64,000 nt of DNA from Vicugna vicugna (lineage: Eukaryota): NCBI GenBank assembly GCA_013265495.1, contig MU061579.1, positions 5,083,146-5,147,145 on the forward strand. The letters are read 5' to 3'. The position numbers were made by a program, and so were the translations under genes. The notes beneath the pieces were generated by a model, which saw only the letters and a list, made by a program, of their open reading frames with translations, did not search any database and was not told the origin of the DNA. This document shows, in pieces, positions 37,040 through 51,240 of the stretch. The number at the start of each line of letters is the position of its first letter. The first letter of the stretch is position 1.

Positions 37040-38228
37040 ACTTTATTTGTTCCCTCTCACTCAGAATTAATAATCATGTTCTGCTATTTTTAGCTCACTA
37101 AAAACTTTTCTAATACTCTACCTTTTCCTTTCCTTACTACTTCCCTACTTCAGGCTTATATCATTTGCTAAATTACTACATTTGCTTCTTACTATTTTTT
37201 TCTAATTCCAGTTTCTCCTCCTAAAATCAAGAATTGCTCTCTAATATCTAAATCTGACATCTTACTCCCCACCCTTCAGCAAGTCATCATTAGTTACTAT
37301 GTGAGTTTGGACTCCTTATAATCATGCACAAGAAAGTATATAATACAACCTCTGCCTATGACTAAGCTTTATCTGTTGGAATGTCATCAAACACACAACT
37401 GAGCACCTCCTCACACATGTGACTGCACTTAGGATGCATTCTGCTGCATGTGTCTAATTACTCTGCTAACTTGGCTTAAGTAATATTTATTACTGCCAAC
37501 AATAAAAGTAAGGCTGACTTCAGAGCTGACTGACTCATCTGTACAACAACTTCAGCAATACTGGACACTCTCCACTGCTCAGCTCACCATTTTTGGTACT
37601 GGTTTCATCGCCAGCCTAGCAGCTATTCAAGCTTCACATATACACACAGCAATATTAAAATAAAAAAAAAGTACCATCATTTTCTGTGATTATCCTTTAG
37701 GAGCCAGATAATCACCTGCACATTTTTTTTCTCATGCATCATTAAGTATATTAGAATTGGGTAACTTGATCATTTCTGAACTGCCAGAGGAATGGGATTG
37801 TCTCCAGAATAATCAGAGGTCTGAGTTGGGCAGTGGAAACTGTGGGTTATGACTCTATCTGGGAGATACAACACTTGAACAAAACTGGCATCTTATTAAA
37901 CAGAGAGAGTGAGGGAATGAATTTTATTTATTTCCTCTATGAATTTGCTAGAGAGGATTCCGTAATCCTAAACATCATTTAAAACATAAGTCAGATATTG
38001 TCTTCTTGAGACAATCCTCTCTAATTTCTATCACCCTCATGCCAGAGTGAGTAGGCAATTCTTTCTTGGGGCTCTAATAAGAGGTTATCCCTATGACTCA
38101 ACACTAGAGTTATCTGTTACTATAATTGGTTCTTCTATTAATCTGAGAGTACTGTGAGGGCAAAAATACTTTGTATTCACTTTACTGAACCCAATATAAT
38201 ATTTCAATAATATCTGTTGAATGAATTG
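37040..38228 (+). mobile_element. L2 3' portion interrupted by an MLT1 LTR
   Basis: 'aaatctgacatcttactccc' upstream; L2 terminus 'tgagggcaaaaatactttgtattcac...tcaataatatctgttgaatgaat' downstream. Confidence 0.6.
37424..37925 (-). mobile_element. Old MaLR LTR (MLT1K/L-like)
   Basis: 'ttaggatgcattctgctgca', 'agaattgggtaac', 'ggaatgggatt' and 'tgaacaaaactgg'. Confidence 0.6.
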
Positions 38229-38449
38229 TTGAAGATGCTTTGCAAATTATTCAGCCACTAAAACGTTCTAGTAGAACCACTTTTTTTGAGTTATTTAGAA
38301 AAGCCTTTGAGTATTTGAAAATGGTAATGGGAATTCATTTAAAAATATTCCCTTTCTTATAGTCTACTCAAAACATGTTAGGATTATAAAATAAAACATA
38401 GAATATGGAGTTTCCCTAACTTTCTAAACTAGGTTAGGGATCTCTGATA

Positions 38450-38570
38450 CACTTTGTTATTGTCAAGTCTCCCTTGAGGGCAGGTATGGTTGTGTTTGTC
38501 ATAGTCTCCCCAGCTTCTAGCAAGTGTGCTTTGCATGGGCACTCGATACATACATATGACTGAGTAAATA
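38450..38570 (+). mobile_element. L2 3' end fragment
   Basis: 'cccttgaggggcagg...tccccagcttctagca...gcactcgatacata'. Confidence 0.6.
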
Positions 38571-39149
38571 CACTAAGAATATTTACATTTTACTTATTAT
38601 ACAGTAATAGCATCTTATTTAGCTCTTGCTGCATGTGTATCTTTATTCATTAGCATGTTGCAGAAAATACCACTAGAATCTCAGGGGAGCATTCAAATTA
38701 ATAGTGTTCTTACTGGCAGGAGTCAAGAGAATATGCATTCCTTTAAAGTTAGATCAGCTGCTTGTGAGCCTCAACTGGCATCAGTCAACTGAGGGGCCCC
38801 CAATCTCAGACACAGCATATTTCAAGATCTCCATCACCAAAACGGAACCTGAGCTACTGGAATAAGATCACTGTTTTGACAGTCTTGGTACCTGTCAGCA
38901 AGAGTCATGCAGGACCCTCTGAACGCTAAGTGCTTCAGGCCGGATCAGCTACTCTCCTCTTTCCCTTCCAACATTCTTTGCACCCCACCACTCTCTGTCT
39001 TAGGAACATAACGTGTAATCTCATTATGTCTTTTAAACCTGTCCCTGTCATCCAGCACAAGAACTTCAGTTCTGCCAGATCAGTCTTTTTGCCCAGGATT
39101 CCAGTCCCATAGGATTCTGTACACTGAGTTTCTTGTTTCCCTCTCCCAA

Positions 39150-41549
39150 ATCTCAACTTCCAAAATGTTGCACTAAACCATCTATACTCATAGACAACAG
39201 CAAAGTTTGTGATATTTTGTAACTCTTCCTTGAATAATCCTTTCGTCTTTTTTATTTTTTCTCTGAAACCTGGTTCTGCTTTGAATTGACTGTTCCAATG
39301 ACAAAATGTCAGTGTTTGGTTTTTGCCACATTTCTCAGTCTATTGAAACTCAAGGTGGGGTAGTTTTCTTCCTTGCTTTGTCCTTGTCTCTTTCAAATTC
39401 TTCTTTCTCTCTCCACCAAAAAAAAAAAAAAAGTTATTTAGCTATGAAATCAGACTCTACCATCGTTACTGCTTGTTTTACGTATTTGCTGATCCTTGGG
39501 TCCGTCACTCTTCCTCCTGGTACGGAGACTGTAGATTCTGCCACACTGAGGCTCTCCCCAACAAGGCCACTGTCATGGATCTCAGTAATTCCAATGTCTA
39601 TCTGAATCACTCTTCCAAAACCATATCCTCTCAGTTTCTTGACGTTCTCTTCCAGTTGTCAGGTCTCCAGCCCTACCTTAGACACTCATATGAGTGTCAT
39701 ATACTAGATGTCCTTATTTACAGCTCTACCTACTATATCAACTCAGTTTCAAGCACCTCACTCTCCAGCCACCACTCACCATTTTTCCAATCTCTTCATT
39801 GAATATACTTTCAGTCTTACTGAGAACTGCAAAATACTGATTCCATTAATATCCCTCCCCTGCTTCTAGCCTCCTTTCTTTGCTTACAGTTTTAACCCAC
39901 ATTTATTCATTACACAGCATGTAATTCCTTTCTTATTTTTTGCATTGCTGCACTAAGATGACTGAATCACAACTGTGGATGAATCAAGTCTCTACCCACA
40001 TGACATCTGCATCTACACAGAGAAACACAGCTGGAACAAAACACACAACCATCCTGACTGCTCTGAAGCTAAATGTGAGATTGTTTACCTCAACGGTAAT
40101 GCTTCTTAGTTTGATAGGAATTCTGTAACATTTCCCTAGTCCTTTCTCTTCCTCATTCCTCTAAGTGATCATTTCAGTACTTCTCCTTTTCTTTAACTGA
40201 TACATCTTTCCTTATTCTCATTCTCAAAATATGATCTGAGAAAAGAGAAGCAATCACAAGACAAAATCCAAAGGCCCCTGCTATTTGCCTGCACTTGTCT
40301 GCGCCTGTGCCCACATCATCTGTGTTTTATGTCAAAATGAGTAAACTGTCCTTCTAGCAAAGGACGGTCCCCTCTTTTACATCATACCTCATCTTTTCTC
40401 TACTAAGTGAGAACATGAGGACATTTCCCCAGCAATCCCACTGTCTTGTTCTCGAAACATCAATCTTTTCTCTACAGGCCTGTCCCCAACATTATGAAGA
40501 CCAGATGTTATTTTCCCAATATAAATAAGCCTTTTAACCCAATTTTCATGCCAGCTTTTGTACTATTTATTTCCTCCTATTTACTGTAAAACTCATGAAG
40601 GGAATTTTCTATAAATGACTTTCCTACTGTCTTTCTTCAGCCCACTCCTTTCAGCCTTTTGTCACTAGTATTTCAATATAACTGCTCATATCGAGGTTAC
40701 CAGTGACCAAATTGCTATATCCAAACACCAATTTTTCAGCACTTTTTTCACTTAACCTCTAATAAGTCTTCAGTAAAGCTGACTACATTCTTACATTTAA
40801 AACACTTTGTTTGTTTTCCAGAACATACCTTTTCCATTCTTTCCTACCTCTCTAAGTACTCAACCCCCTTTGCTGATTCTTCTTTAATTCTTTGTTGAAA
40901 TGCCCTCAGGGTTAATCCTTGAACATTTTTTTATATCCATATCTCTTCCTTGGTGATTTCACTGAATCTCCTCTCTTTAAATAACTTCCTAGGCTGCTAT
41001 CTACCATATTTATAGTCTCAACTTTTACTTCTTTATTGAATTCAAATTCAAAATGTCCGAATGACTATTCATTATCTCAGAGGCACCTAAATTCAATATG
41101 TGAAAAAATGAACTCTTCTGCATTCCAAGTGTGTTTCTCTTACAGTAAATGAAACTCAGAAACACAATCTTGGAGTCACCATTGACTGGTCATTTCTATG
41201 TCTCCCATCTGTCTCTTTGCCACTATCTCACTCTCTCGTCCTCTTTCCCTCTAGCTCTCTTTCTCTGCCACAACACATGTAGAATTCACCAGTAGATCCT
41301 TTTGGCTATGATGACAAAATATATCCATATATGATCATTAACTTCCTTTGTTACCTTCCTCATCCAACCACTGCCACTTCTAGATTAGAATATCATAATA
41401 TCTTCCCAACTCTTCTAACTAGTCATGCCTTTGCCTTCTTTTCATCCATTTTGGACTCCATTAAATATAAAACATACTATGTCACTCACATACTCAAAAT
41501 TCTTAAATATCTTTCTTTTCCACTCAATAAAACCTAGTGTTTTTATCAT
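39150..41549 (+). mobile_element. Long L2 LINE remnant including the ORF2 endonuclease region
   Basis: gaaacctgg (ETW) near 39266; ORF 39473-39802 has SQFLDVL, HSYECHILDVL and LSSHH, matching L2 endonuclease motifs; downstream 'aactgctcatatcgaggttaccagtgacc' and 'atcttggagtcacc' are L2 ORF2-like. Confidence 0.8.
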
Positions 41550-42024
41550 TGTTATAGCAAAACTTGCACCAAAGTTAAACAGGCAAAGATAACTATTCAA
41601 GGCTATTGCAATAGAAGAAAGAGATCATTATTTGAGTCTGAACACTTTACTGAAATAAAGAGCAAGAAGGATTTTTAAGCACTATAGTGAGCTAATGAAA
41701 AAGCCCTGGGAGACAGTAGGGCACTGTTTGCTAACTAGATTTATCCAAAGGAAAGATAAATGTGGCATACATTTTAAGACAGAGGTAGTTTCACAACTTA
41801 GAGCAAGACATGCAGAGAAGTTAGGCTTCTACACTCCCACAGAAATTGTGCAACAAGGGTGCTCTCTTCCTTGACAATTACAGTTCAAAGGGATGGCTCC
41901 CCAAGTCCTCAAGAAAGACATTCCTGGGTTTTGAAAGTGGCAAGAGGCTTTTTAAAGGATTTACATCTCAAAGGTGCAGAAAATGAATTTAAAAATTTTC
42001 CAATGCAAATGTGTTAAACAAAAG
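41550..42024 (-). mobile_element. MER31/MER67-like ERV1 LTR (partial)
   Basis: 'ttcaaagggatggctccccaagtcctcaagaaagacattcctgggtt...ggcaagaggct...gatttacatctcaaagg'. Confidence 0.75.
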
Positions 42025-42202
42025 TTATATAGAAACATTTGTATATCTATGTAGACATATCTATACAGATGTACATACACTTACACATGTATATGTTCAT
42101 ACATATACATATATTTACATCTATCTATATCTCTCCTCTAGTTTCTCTTTATATCTCTGGCTTTGGATCTTGAATAAAATCTACAATGGAACAATGAGAG
42201 CC

Positions 42203-42615
42203 TGTCTGAGATAAAGTTTCCCAGAAGCAGACACTGAAGTAAAGACTCATAATGCAAGTAACTTCTTAAGGAAGAGCATGAAGCAGGACAAGGGGTGGGA
42301 GAGAGCCAAGCAAGGGTGCTATTTCTGAGGAAGACCCAGTGAAATTGAATCCTACAGTGAGTCCTAGGGTGTAAACCTACCATTAGGGTTTATCAATCCT
42401 AGAGTCAAGTCAATTCAGCTTTCACAATTCTACACCAACAGTCACTGGCTGTAGGATGAATAAAGGAAACATAAATTCTCACACACCGTGGGATCTCTGA
42501 ACATGAGTCTGAAGCACCAACAGTGGCCTCAGAAAGTTTCCTGACAATGGCATGCTATCATTGATCAGAAGCTGAGGAACAGACACTCAGAAATGCTAAA
42601 AGTGATCCACAGGAA
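42203..42615 (-). mobile_element. ERVL LTR (LTR33-like)
   Basis: 'tttcccagaagcagacactgaag...tgcaagtaa...gagagccaagcaaggg'. Confidence 0.6.
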
Positions 42616-43565
42616 TAGTCTTCTGTTAAAAAAGTTCAATTGAGGAAGCTCTGTCACTGCTTTTATTCAGAAGCCTCTGTATATGCAATATATAGTATCT
42701 CTAATATTACAGTGAGATTCCAGGGGAATTTTTCATTACGTAAGCATGGTGCTGCTTCCACAGCATAACTCATCTTTGCAAAACTGGTCTTAATAAGTTC
42801 CTTTAGTCTCAACATGTATGGTAAGGAATGCTTGAAATTGAGCAAGCTGGGCAATGAGTAACTTAAAGATAAAATCTGCTTACTTCAATACAAAGAAGAA
42901 TATCTATCAAATTTCAATTTTAGAGTTTACTTTCTCTATTTTCTCAACCAATGTAACACACAAGCGATTTTACACTTAAGTTCCAAGTGGAAAAGCCAAA
43001 TTCTTTTTCTTATTTCACAACTGAATGCAATCAGTGACTTATCCATGATCATCCCGTTTTTCTTCTGTCCAACTACATTCAGTTAAAAAGTATTTTACAC
43101 TTCCAATAGTAAAGTGGTTCTGAGTTACTTGGTCACTTGGACTCTGTCTTCTCTTCTAGACTTATATTTATATTAAATGGTAAAAGTAATTTTTCTGCCA
43201 TTTTGCAGTGGGGTTAATTTTCTTAAATAAATTGCACATTTATATTCCTAAAATAAAACTTTGATATTATAATGTCTAATATCTTTCCACATATAGCAGT
43301 TTTGTAGATCATAGATAAAACCAACAGTAACTAAAATAGCAGATATTGATTACAAAAAAGGCAAGAAAATAAAGACATAATTACAGAATATAAGTAGGTA
43401 GAATAAATAAATAGAAATCTATAACTCTATTACCTATTAAGCAAAACCAGTCTAGTTTTAGAAACATTTCTCAAATTTTGGTTAAGTTTATTTAACCCAA
43501 AGTTCTGGCAAACTGTCCATTTTTTTCTGCATGTGATTATTTCAAATATTGAGACAATGTATCAC

Positions 43566-43913
43566 AATTTTAATAGACTTTATTTTTCAAAGCAGTTTTA
43601 GGTTTACAGGAAGTATATACTCCTTCCCCATCCAACCCCCTTCTACTATTAACATCTTACATTAGGATGATACATTTTTTACAACTGATCAACAAATATT
43701 GATAGATTATTATTAACTGAAGTCCCTAGTTTACATCAGTGCTCCCTCTTTGTGTTGTATAGTTCAATGGATTTTGAAAAATCATGTTATTTATCTGCCA
43801 TAATAGTATCGAAATAGTTTCACTTCCCTAAAAATGCAATGTATTCCATGAATTTATCCTTTCTTCCCTTCTGTCTGAACCTCTGGCAGCCACTCATCAT
43901 AGTTTTGCCTTTC
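43566..43913 (-). mobile_element. L1MC-like 3' end
   Basis: 'taatagactttatttttcaaagcagttttaggtttacag' and 'attattaactgaagtcc'. Confidence 0.8.
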
Positions 43914-44816
43914 AATGTACATAACACATTTTCACTGGTAGCTCTTACAGCAGCAACACATTCTTTAGGTACCTATGAATTTGTTGATCAAGGGACTTAC
44001 TGACTTTTTCAGACTTCAGTTTAAAGGCTGATTGTGATCCAGGATAAAATGTTTGCCTGGGCAGAAATTAAGGCTTTTATTTGCTTCTCCTTTCTCCTTC
44101 CTTCACGTCTGGAATTTTGGCCACAGAACACATGTCCTTATGAAGATCCCACAATAAACAAAACCTTGCTTGAGGGAAAACCGAAAACCAAAAAACCATA
44201 AAAACCAAAGAAACAAAAACTTGCTTGAGGGAATACCAGGAATTGAGAGAATATTTCCAGGAGACAGAAACTCAGCAGAGATTCCCAAGTACTTCTGGAA
44301 GTATGTGATGATTAAGACAACAGAACCATGAATGAAAAAGAAAAGAAACAAGAAACTCAAGTTTCCTAATCAAAAGCTCCCAAAGGAGGACTTTATAAGC
44401 AGACCAGTTGACAAAGGATGAAAAGTACTGAAACAATTGTTCTCTACCCGAAGAGCCCATCTGTTTAGAGCTACAGTAATTTGAATAGTAAGCTTCAATA
44501 ATTTTGTTTTGTTTGCTCTTTCATCACTATTTTTCTCTTAAGAAGAAATCTGATGATGTAAAAAAAAATAATGATTGTTAGGGAAGTAGAGAAATGAATT
44601 AGTAGAGGCCACATAATTCAGTAGGAAAAGTTAATTAAATTTGTATGACATCAGAAACATTATATGAAAAATATGAATTGAAAATATATGTTAATTTTAA
44701 TTATTTCTCTGCTATACATAAATATATTCAAATATGTGCCTCAAATCATCACCTGCACAAGCACAACTACAAGTAAACACAACTACAAATGGAAGCACTG
44801 AAAAAAACCAACTGTA

Positions 44817-45094
44817 CGGTTGACCGTTGAACAACACAGGTTTGACCTGCATAGGTCCACTTCTACAGGCATATTTAAAAGAAATTTACAGTTGGCCCTT
44901 CACATCTGGGAGTTCACATCCTTAGATTCAACCAGCTGCACAGACTGCAAACTTAATACACAATCCGCACCTGTGGTTGCTTGAACCAGCAAATGCTGTA
45001 CCTGTGGATATGGAGGGCCAACTATGGGGCTGGAGTATCCATAGGTTTTAGCATCCCCTGGGACCAATACCCTTCAGATACTGAGGGACAACTA
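44817..45094 (-). mobile_element. Tigger2-family MITE (MER8-like)
   Basis: Termini 'cggttgaccgttgaacaacac' and 'gatactgagggacaacta', with TA on both sides. Confidence 0.85.
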
Positions 45095-47367
45095 TAGCTG
45101 TTATAATATTTAAGTGCCATAACTGAGGCAGGAATAAAGTCAAAACTTTACTGATCCTGTAGACAAAGGCTCTAATAGAAAGAACAATGTGTCTAAAGTG
45201 AGATCAGAGCTAAAGTCTCTCCTACGTTCACAACTGGCCATGTAAACCTACCCAAACATATTAATTTCTCTGAGTAAGGTTGCTATATGATCTTTATTAC
45301 ATAGGCTGATGTTACTCAATCTGGAATAACGTTAAGGCCTTTTAAATTTTTTAGATGTCTAGCTGAATTCCGTTATTTTAATTAAAATGTTAAATATTTG
45401 CAAACATAGAGAAAGGTTTGTTTGTTATGTTTTTACCCTTATGCAACTGTGAAACAAATTTAGAAATTATATACAAAAAATCTAACAGTTAAATTTAAAT
45501 TAATACACCAATTTAATGTGACATTACATTGTTTACATTACTTAAATATTATTAAACCTGTTCATATTAATTAAATCAATCAGCAATGGTTTATGAAATG
45601 TACACACTGGTTCAGGTATCGTGACCTATCCCAGAATTACAACAATGAACAAAAATCTACATGACTCCATTCTCAAGAATGTTCTCTTGAATGCAGCATG
45701 ACTTCACCATGGTTTACAATGTAATGATACAATTCTCATGCAACTTTTATCTGTTCAAATAACCTGAGAAAACATTACATAAATTAACATTCAATTGCAG
45801 TGGGTTACAGAATAAATAATTTCTGGTCTTTTTATTATTTTATGCAAATGAAAGACATTAAATTTGTAATACTTGGCACCTGCATGATACTAAACACAAT
45901 TACAAATGGGAGCACTGAAATCACTTGCCTGTATTTGGTAATAAGAACCCAAGTAATACACAATATGCTTACAGTGTGTTTTTAAAGATTATCTTGAAAA
46001 TATTTTTTAAAACCAGGAATTCCCAATATATAATGCTCAAATATCACAAAGAACTCTAACAAATGTAGTTCTGTCATCTCCGGGATTTGAGATTTACTAA
46101 CATCGGGTGAAATGCCTTCTTTGAGGTCTAATAAAAATACTGAAACGTGGGTCAACATGCTATGGTGGGAAAAGAAATGAACTGAGAGATGAATAGTTTC
46201 TCATTAACCAAAGGTGTGAATTTTAGGATCATTTGCCTCTTCTGTGAATTAGCAGGCTCAGATGTGACGATTTCTAGGGTCTTTCTTGGTTCTTAAATCC
46301 TATGAAACAACAGACAATAAAATCTTTTCTAAGCCATAAACATTAACTCTATTTCTGGAAAATTTAGATCTTCAGTATTTCATTTTCAAGTAAAATTTTC
46401 AGTTAATGAAACAGTATTTCTAACTATGCCAATAACTTTAAAATTTGCTTCAGAAAAAAGTTATTTACAAAAGATTAAACAATTGACAAGATAAGATGGT
46501 TTCATAGGGTTTAAAGAAGTGATGCACATTTTTGAGAATGGCAGTCATTAGAATATGTTAAAAATAAAACTGTTCTGTGAGAGTGAGATACGTTCTATCC
46601 ATAACCTCATTTTTAGATCTCTCTTCTTTGAAGTAGTGGGCAATGTGATATGGGTACTTTCTGAAATAGCATTCCACATACTTCCATCAGTGTCTGTGGA
46701 ACTTGACACTAAATTTCTATCTTCTGTTCTTGGTTCTGAAATTTGAGAAGAGTTTTACATAGTTTCAAAGGCATAAAGTTATCAACTTTATTGTACCAAT
46801 TTTCTAATTATCAAGACAGCTTGAATAGTTGGTTTGGCAAAAAATTGGTTGTGTCATTGTTTCATCTGCTGTATCTTATTTTTTTTATTAGAAAAAAATA
46901 AAATGTTATGATATATTGAGAATTACAGTCCTTTACAAAGATAATATGCTTAAAGATTTTGGCTTTTTGTTAAAAGTTGTTCTCAAACATGACTATGGTC
47001 TTATAAAATCCACTGTTCTGTAGTCTATTCTGAATACTGACTTATTTTGACAGCTTCTCTTAGTAGCTTGTTACTCTAAATCCATTATAAGAAAGTTAAT
47101 GCTTTATAGTCTATAACTTGATATTTTGTTTTTTGGAAGCTTATTTCCTGGCTGACCTCTATTTTTTCCTTCTTTACCTTAATCTTCCACTGATTGGATA
47201 ACTGATGGTTCCTGGATGATTTCTCAAATTGTTACTCATTGTCACTCGTCTTTTGAGGATTTTCTTGCTAAACTTCCTAAGCCTTAGATTTGTTTTGACT
47301 GATTTGCTAAAGGCATACACATGTCCTTTCTCCATAGACAAAGACTTTAGCCTCAGGATTGCTTGTG

Positions 47368-48003
47368 ATATGATCCAGAAATCCCACTCCTGGGCATATA
47401 TCCGGAGGGAACTCTAATTCAAAAAGAAACATGCACTCAATGTTCATAGCAGCACTACTGACAATAGTTAAAACATGAAAACAATCTAAATGTCCATTGA
47501 CAGATGACTGGATAAAGACATTGTGGTGTATATGTATGTACAATAGAACACTACTCAGTCATACAAAGAATAAAATAATGCCATTTGCAGCAACATGGAA
47601 TGGACCTAGAGATGGTCATACTAAGTGAAGGCAGGCCAGAAAGAGAAAGAAAAAATATCATATGACATCACTTACGTGTGGAATCTTAAAAAAAAGGACA
47701 CAAATGAAGTTATTTAAAATAGACAGAGACTCACAGACATAGAAAACAAACTTATGGTTACCAGAGGGGAAAGGTGAGGGTAGGGGTGGAGGGATAAATT
47801 GGGAGTTCAGGATTTGCAGATACTAACTACTATATATAAAATAGATAAACAACGAGGTCCTAGCACGGGAAACTACATTCAACACATTGTAATAGTTTAA
47901 ATGAAAAAAATGAAAAGAAATAGATATATAACTGAATCACTATGCTGTATACCAGAAATTAACACAACATTGTAAACTGACTATATGTTAATTAAAAAAA
48001 AAA
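47368..48003 (+). mobile_element. 5'-truncated lineage-specific L1 3' end
   Basis: 'atatgatccagaaatcccactcctgggcatatatcc' through 'acaacattgtaaactgactata' and an A tail; similar to the copy at 10264. Confidence 0.93.
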
Positions 48004-49649
48004 GGAGACTATTTTGCGAACCCTTTGGGAAACTTGTAAGGTTAGAAATGTCTCCCAAAATGATAAAGCGTAATTTTACTGGGAAAAAAGTCATATTACT
48101 CCATGTACATAAGGAGCACCTAGGATGCTGGGCAACACTCCTGGGCTTGCTTTCTCAGGTAGAGAAATTAGATTCATATGTAATCATGGATCAATTCTCT
48201 CTACAAGTGCATACACTGGTGGCAAAAACTATTCCAGAATCATGCAAGTTGTCAACGTCACTAGAATGTGGGCCTTGACCATTAACTTTTCAAAAGGGGT
48301 TGTAAAGAAATAATAGAAAAATGTTAGCATCCTTTTGATTACATAGGGATACACTAGTTTTCCAAAGAATGTCTAGATGTGTGTGATTGTATTTCATGGG
48401 GAAGTTTGTTTTTTAAGAGAAAAAGAAAACCCTCAAAATGATCTCAAAGAGAAATTTAATCAGGGAGTTTGGCTCATTTAATAGTAATTACTTCTAGTCA
48501 GTTGAATGAGTAAATCTTCATTTTTAAAGTTGCAGAACAAGCAGAGTTGTTTTGGACAAGTAGCCACCATGCCCAGAGAGGTCAGAAATTGAAATACTAG
48601 ACACATTTTTGAAGAGAAGGACAAAGATTTCTCAGTGTCTCTGCAAGCAAAAATCTCAGGAGAACTCTTTTTCAAGTTTTCTTCTACTTAGATGAAAGGG
48701 AGAGTAACAATTCTTGACTTTCTAACACAACTTCAACTCAGGGTCTTAGAGGATTCTTGATAGGCCTATCTTGACATAGGTCTGTGTCCAGCAGAGAAAG
48801 TTACATGAACCCTAAATTTCTACATTTCTACTACATACCTCTGGGAATCAGGGTTTTCAGTAATTGTTATCAAAATAAAACCAAAATGAATCGCATATAA
48901 AAGAAAGTATGTGTATTACTATGTGAAAGAGTAGCCTTTTATTAAAATTTATTTTGTGGGAAGAAAAAGGCTGTGTATGAGATTGTTTCCTCCTTTAGAT
49001 AACTGACCTTAATGTTCTCTTTATTTCTAGCCTTAGAATTCCTTTGGTTGAGGTTCATGTGTAACAATACACTCCACTCTAGGGACTGTTAGACTGAAAT
49101 TGAGGAATGATAACATGATTTATCCAGATTCACTTTGGTGATCTACTTCCCTGACCAAGAGTTAATCCAGTACTTACATTAGCAAATTTTAGGTGCTTAA
49201 GTCTTAATGTGAAGTAAGTTATTCACCATTTTATACTCACACGTCAACATGTCCATCCTTAAAACTAGAAACCAATGATCTAACTAGTATATTCCTATCT
49301 AGGAAATTACACTTTCCAATTCATTTTGAACTTGACCTCCTTTGATCTAATTTACCTGTAGACCCTGATTATGACCACTGACTCATTTGCCTGAGATTGT
49401 GTTTGTAGTTATAAAATTGCTGGCTTAGATAAAGATGAGCCTTTTGTTCTTTATTGTAATGATCTGAATATTTTACATGAATTTTGCATAGAACTATGTC
49501 CATGAATTAAGTAGGGCATATATTATTTTTATCCATATTATTATTTCTGTTTTTACACATTAATAAAATGTGGCTTAAAAATGCTCCTAAATTCATAAAC
49601 CTTAATGTTATGGACAGAACCTGAACACAGATCTTGATGCTACATTATT

Positions 49650-51240
49650 TCTACTTATTGACTTAATGGACAGTATGTCAGTTAAGTCCAGCACATGAAG
49701 TGTACTATGGGGGACACTAAGGATGTAGAGATCAGTAAGACAACTTCTGATATAAAAGCACTCACAATTGAGTTGGAGAATGTCTTAGCACTTTTGAGCA
49801 CTATTAACAATTATAGACTATGTGGCTTAAAAACAACAGAAAGGTATTTCTCATAGTTCTGGAGGCTGGAAGTTGAAGATCATGGTTCTGATAATGGCCT
49901 TTATCCAGCTACAGACTGCCAGCTTCTTGCTGTGTCCTTATGTGGTGGAAGAGGTGAGGAGTTTCTTTCAGGCTTCTTTTACAAGGACATTAGTCCTACT
50001 CAGGAGGGCATCACCTCCCAAAGCCCCACTTCCTAATACCATCACACCAGGCATTAGGTTTTCAACCTTAAAAACTTTGAGGGAACACACTTATTCAGAC
50101 CAGAGACTAAGTTATCAATATTAGTCTATCATCAATCACTAACCATTGATCGGAATAATCTAAGAATTCACTAGTATCACCAGTGGATACATGAGAACAG
50201 ACATGAGTAACTCCCTCCCTTAGAGTATCAGAAAAGGTTCACAGAAATAATGGTGCTTATGTTGAACCTGATGGGAAAATTCATGTTTTTCATGACTGAC
50301 TTAAAAAAGAAAATTATTTCAGGTTAGAGATGGCAGCATGTGCAACAGAATGGTGGAAAGATACAGGCCAAGATCACTGTATTCAAAAAGTTGAGTCATG
50401 AAGAAACAGTGGCAATCTTTAACCAAGAGTTGACAAGATCAAATCTCTTGGTAAAAGACAACTTAGCATTAAAGAAGAGTCTGCAGAGAAGTAGGAGTTG
50501 TTGGCAAAAACAATCAAGACAGAAAGAACACAAAAAACAAAAAACAGCTAAAAGAATGTTGTGATGATCTGTCTCAGAACTGAATCAACTGAGAAAGTGT
50601 CATGAAGACTGAGAAGGTTGAAGCTGAAGGGTTTAATAATCATCTAGATTTTAAGAACAAAGGAGATGGATGAATTGTGGATGACTGTGCAGATGGCGGT
50701 GCTATTAGCTAATGAAGCAAAACAAAATGGTAATGATAATAATAATGATAATGAAAACTATGGGACTGAAAGGGAGAATTATAAACTGAAATGTATGTGC
50801 ATGCCAGGAATATTCAATATGCACCCATTAGGTAATTAATTTCAAAAGCATATGCCTATTAAACATTTATTATATGCTAGGCACTGTTTTTTTTAATTTA
50901 TGAGTAAAAGAAGCATGATTAGATATTATAAAAGTCAGTGGATGAGGTATATAGTAAGCAGTTAGTAAAAAAAAAACATAGATGGCTAGAACCTGGAGAA
51001 TTTTCTATGAAGAAAATTAATAGGATGCCATGATAGAAGAATACATTATTCGGATGAGGAGGTCTCATGTCTGAGCAGGGGACAGGTGAAAACAGAGGTC
51101 TAGGCCTTAGAAGCAGAGGTCTGAACTGAACACACAGACTGGGAGATCAACATACAGCTAGTAATTGAGGCTTTGAAGGTGGAAACATTTCTAAGAGACA
51201 GTGTGACAAATTAGAAAGAGCCATTCAGCTAATGATAAAC
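49650..51240 (-). mobile_element. Degenerate L2 interrupted by an MLT1A-like LTR
   Basis: Purine-rich antisense L2 motifs (agatggcggtgctattagcta, ctgggagatcaacatacag). Confidence 0.5.
49781..50107 (-). mobile_element. MaLR LTR (MLT1A-like)
   Basis: 'tgtcttag...tctcatagttctggaggctggaagt...cacctcccaaagccccacttcctaataccatcaca'. Confidence 0.88.

Noticed and set aside
42025..42140. TA/CA-rich tract with an ORF
   Set aside because: Degenerate dinucleotide low-complexity sequence
47341..48025. TSD for the L1 at 47368
   Set aside because: The flank similarity is too weak to call
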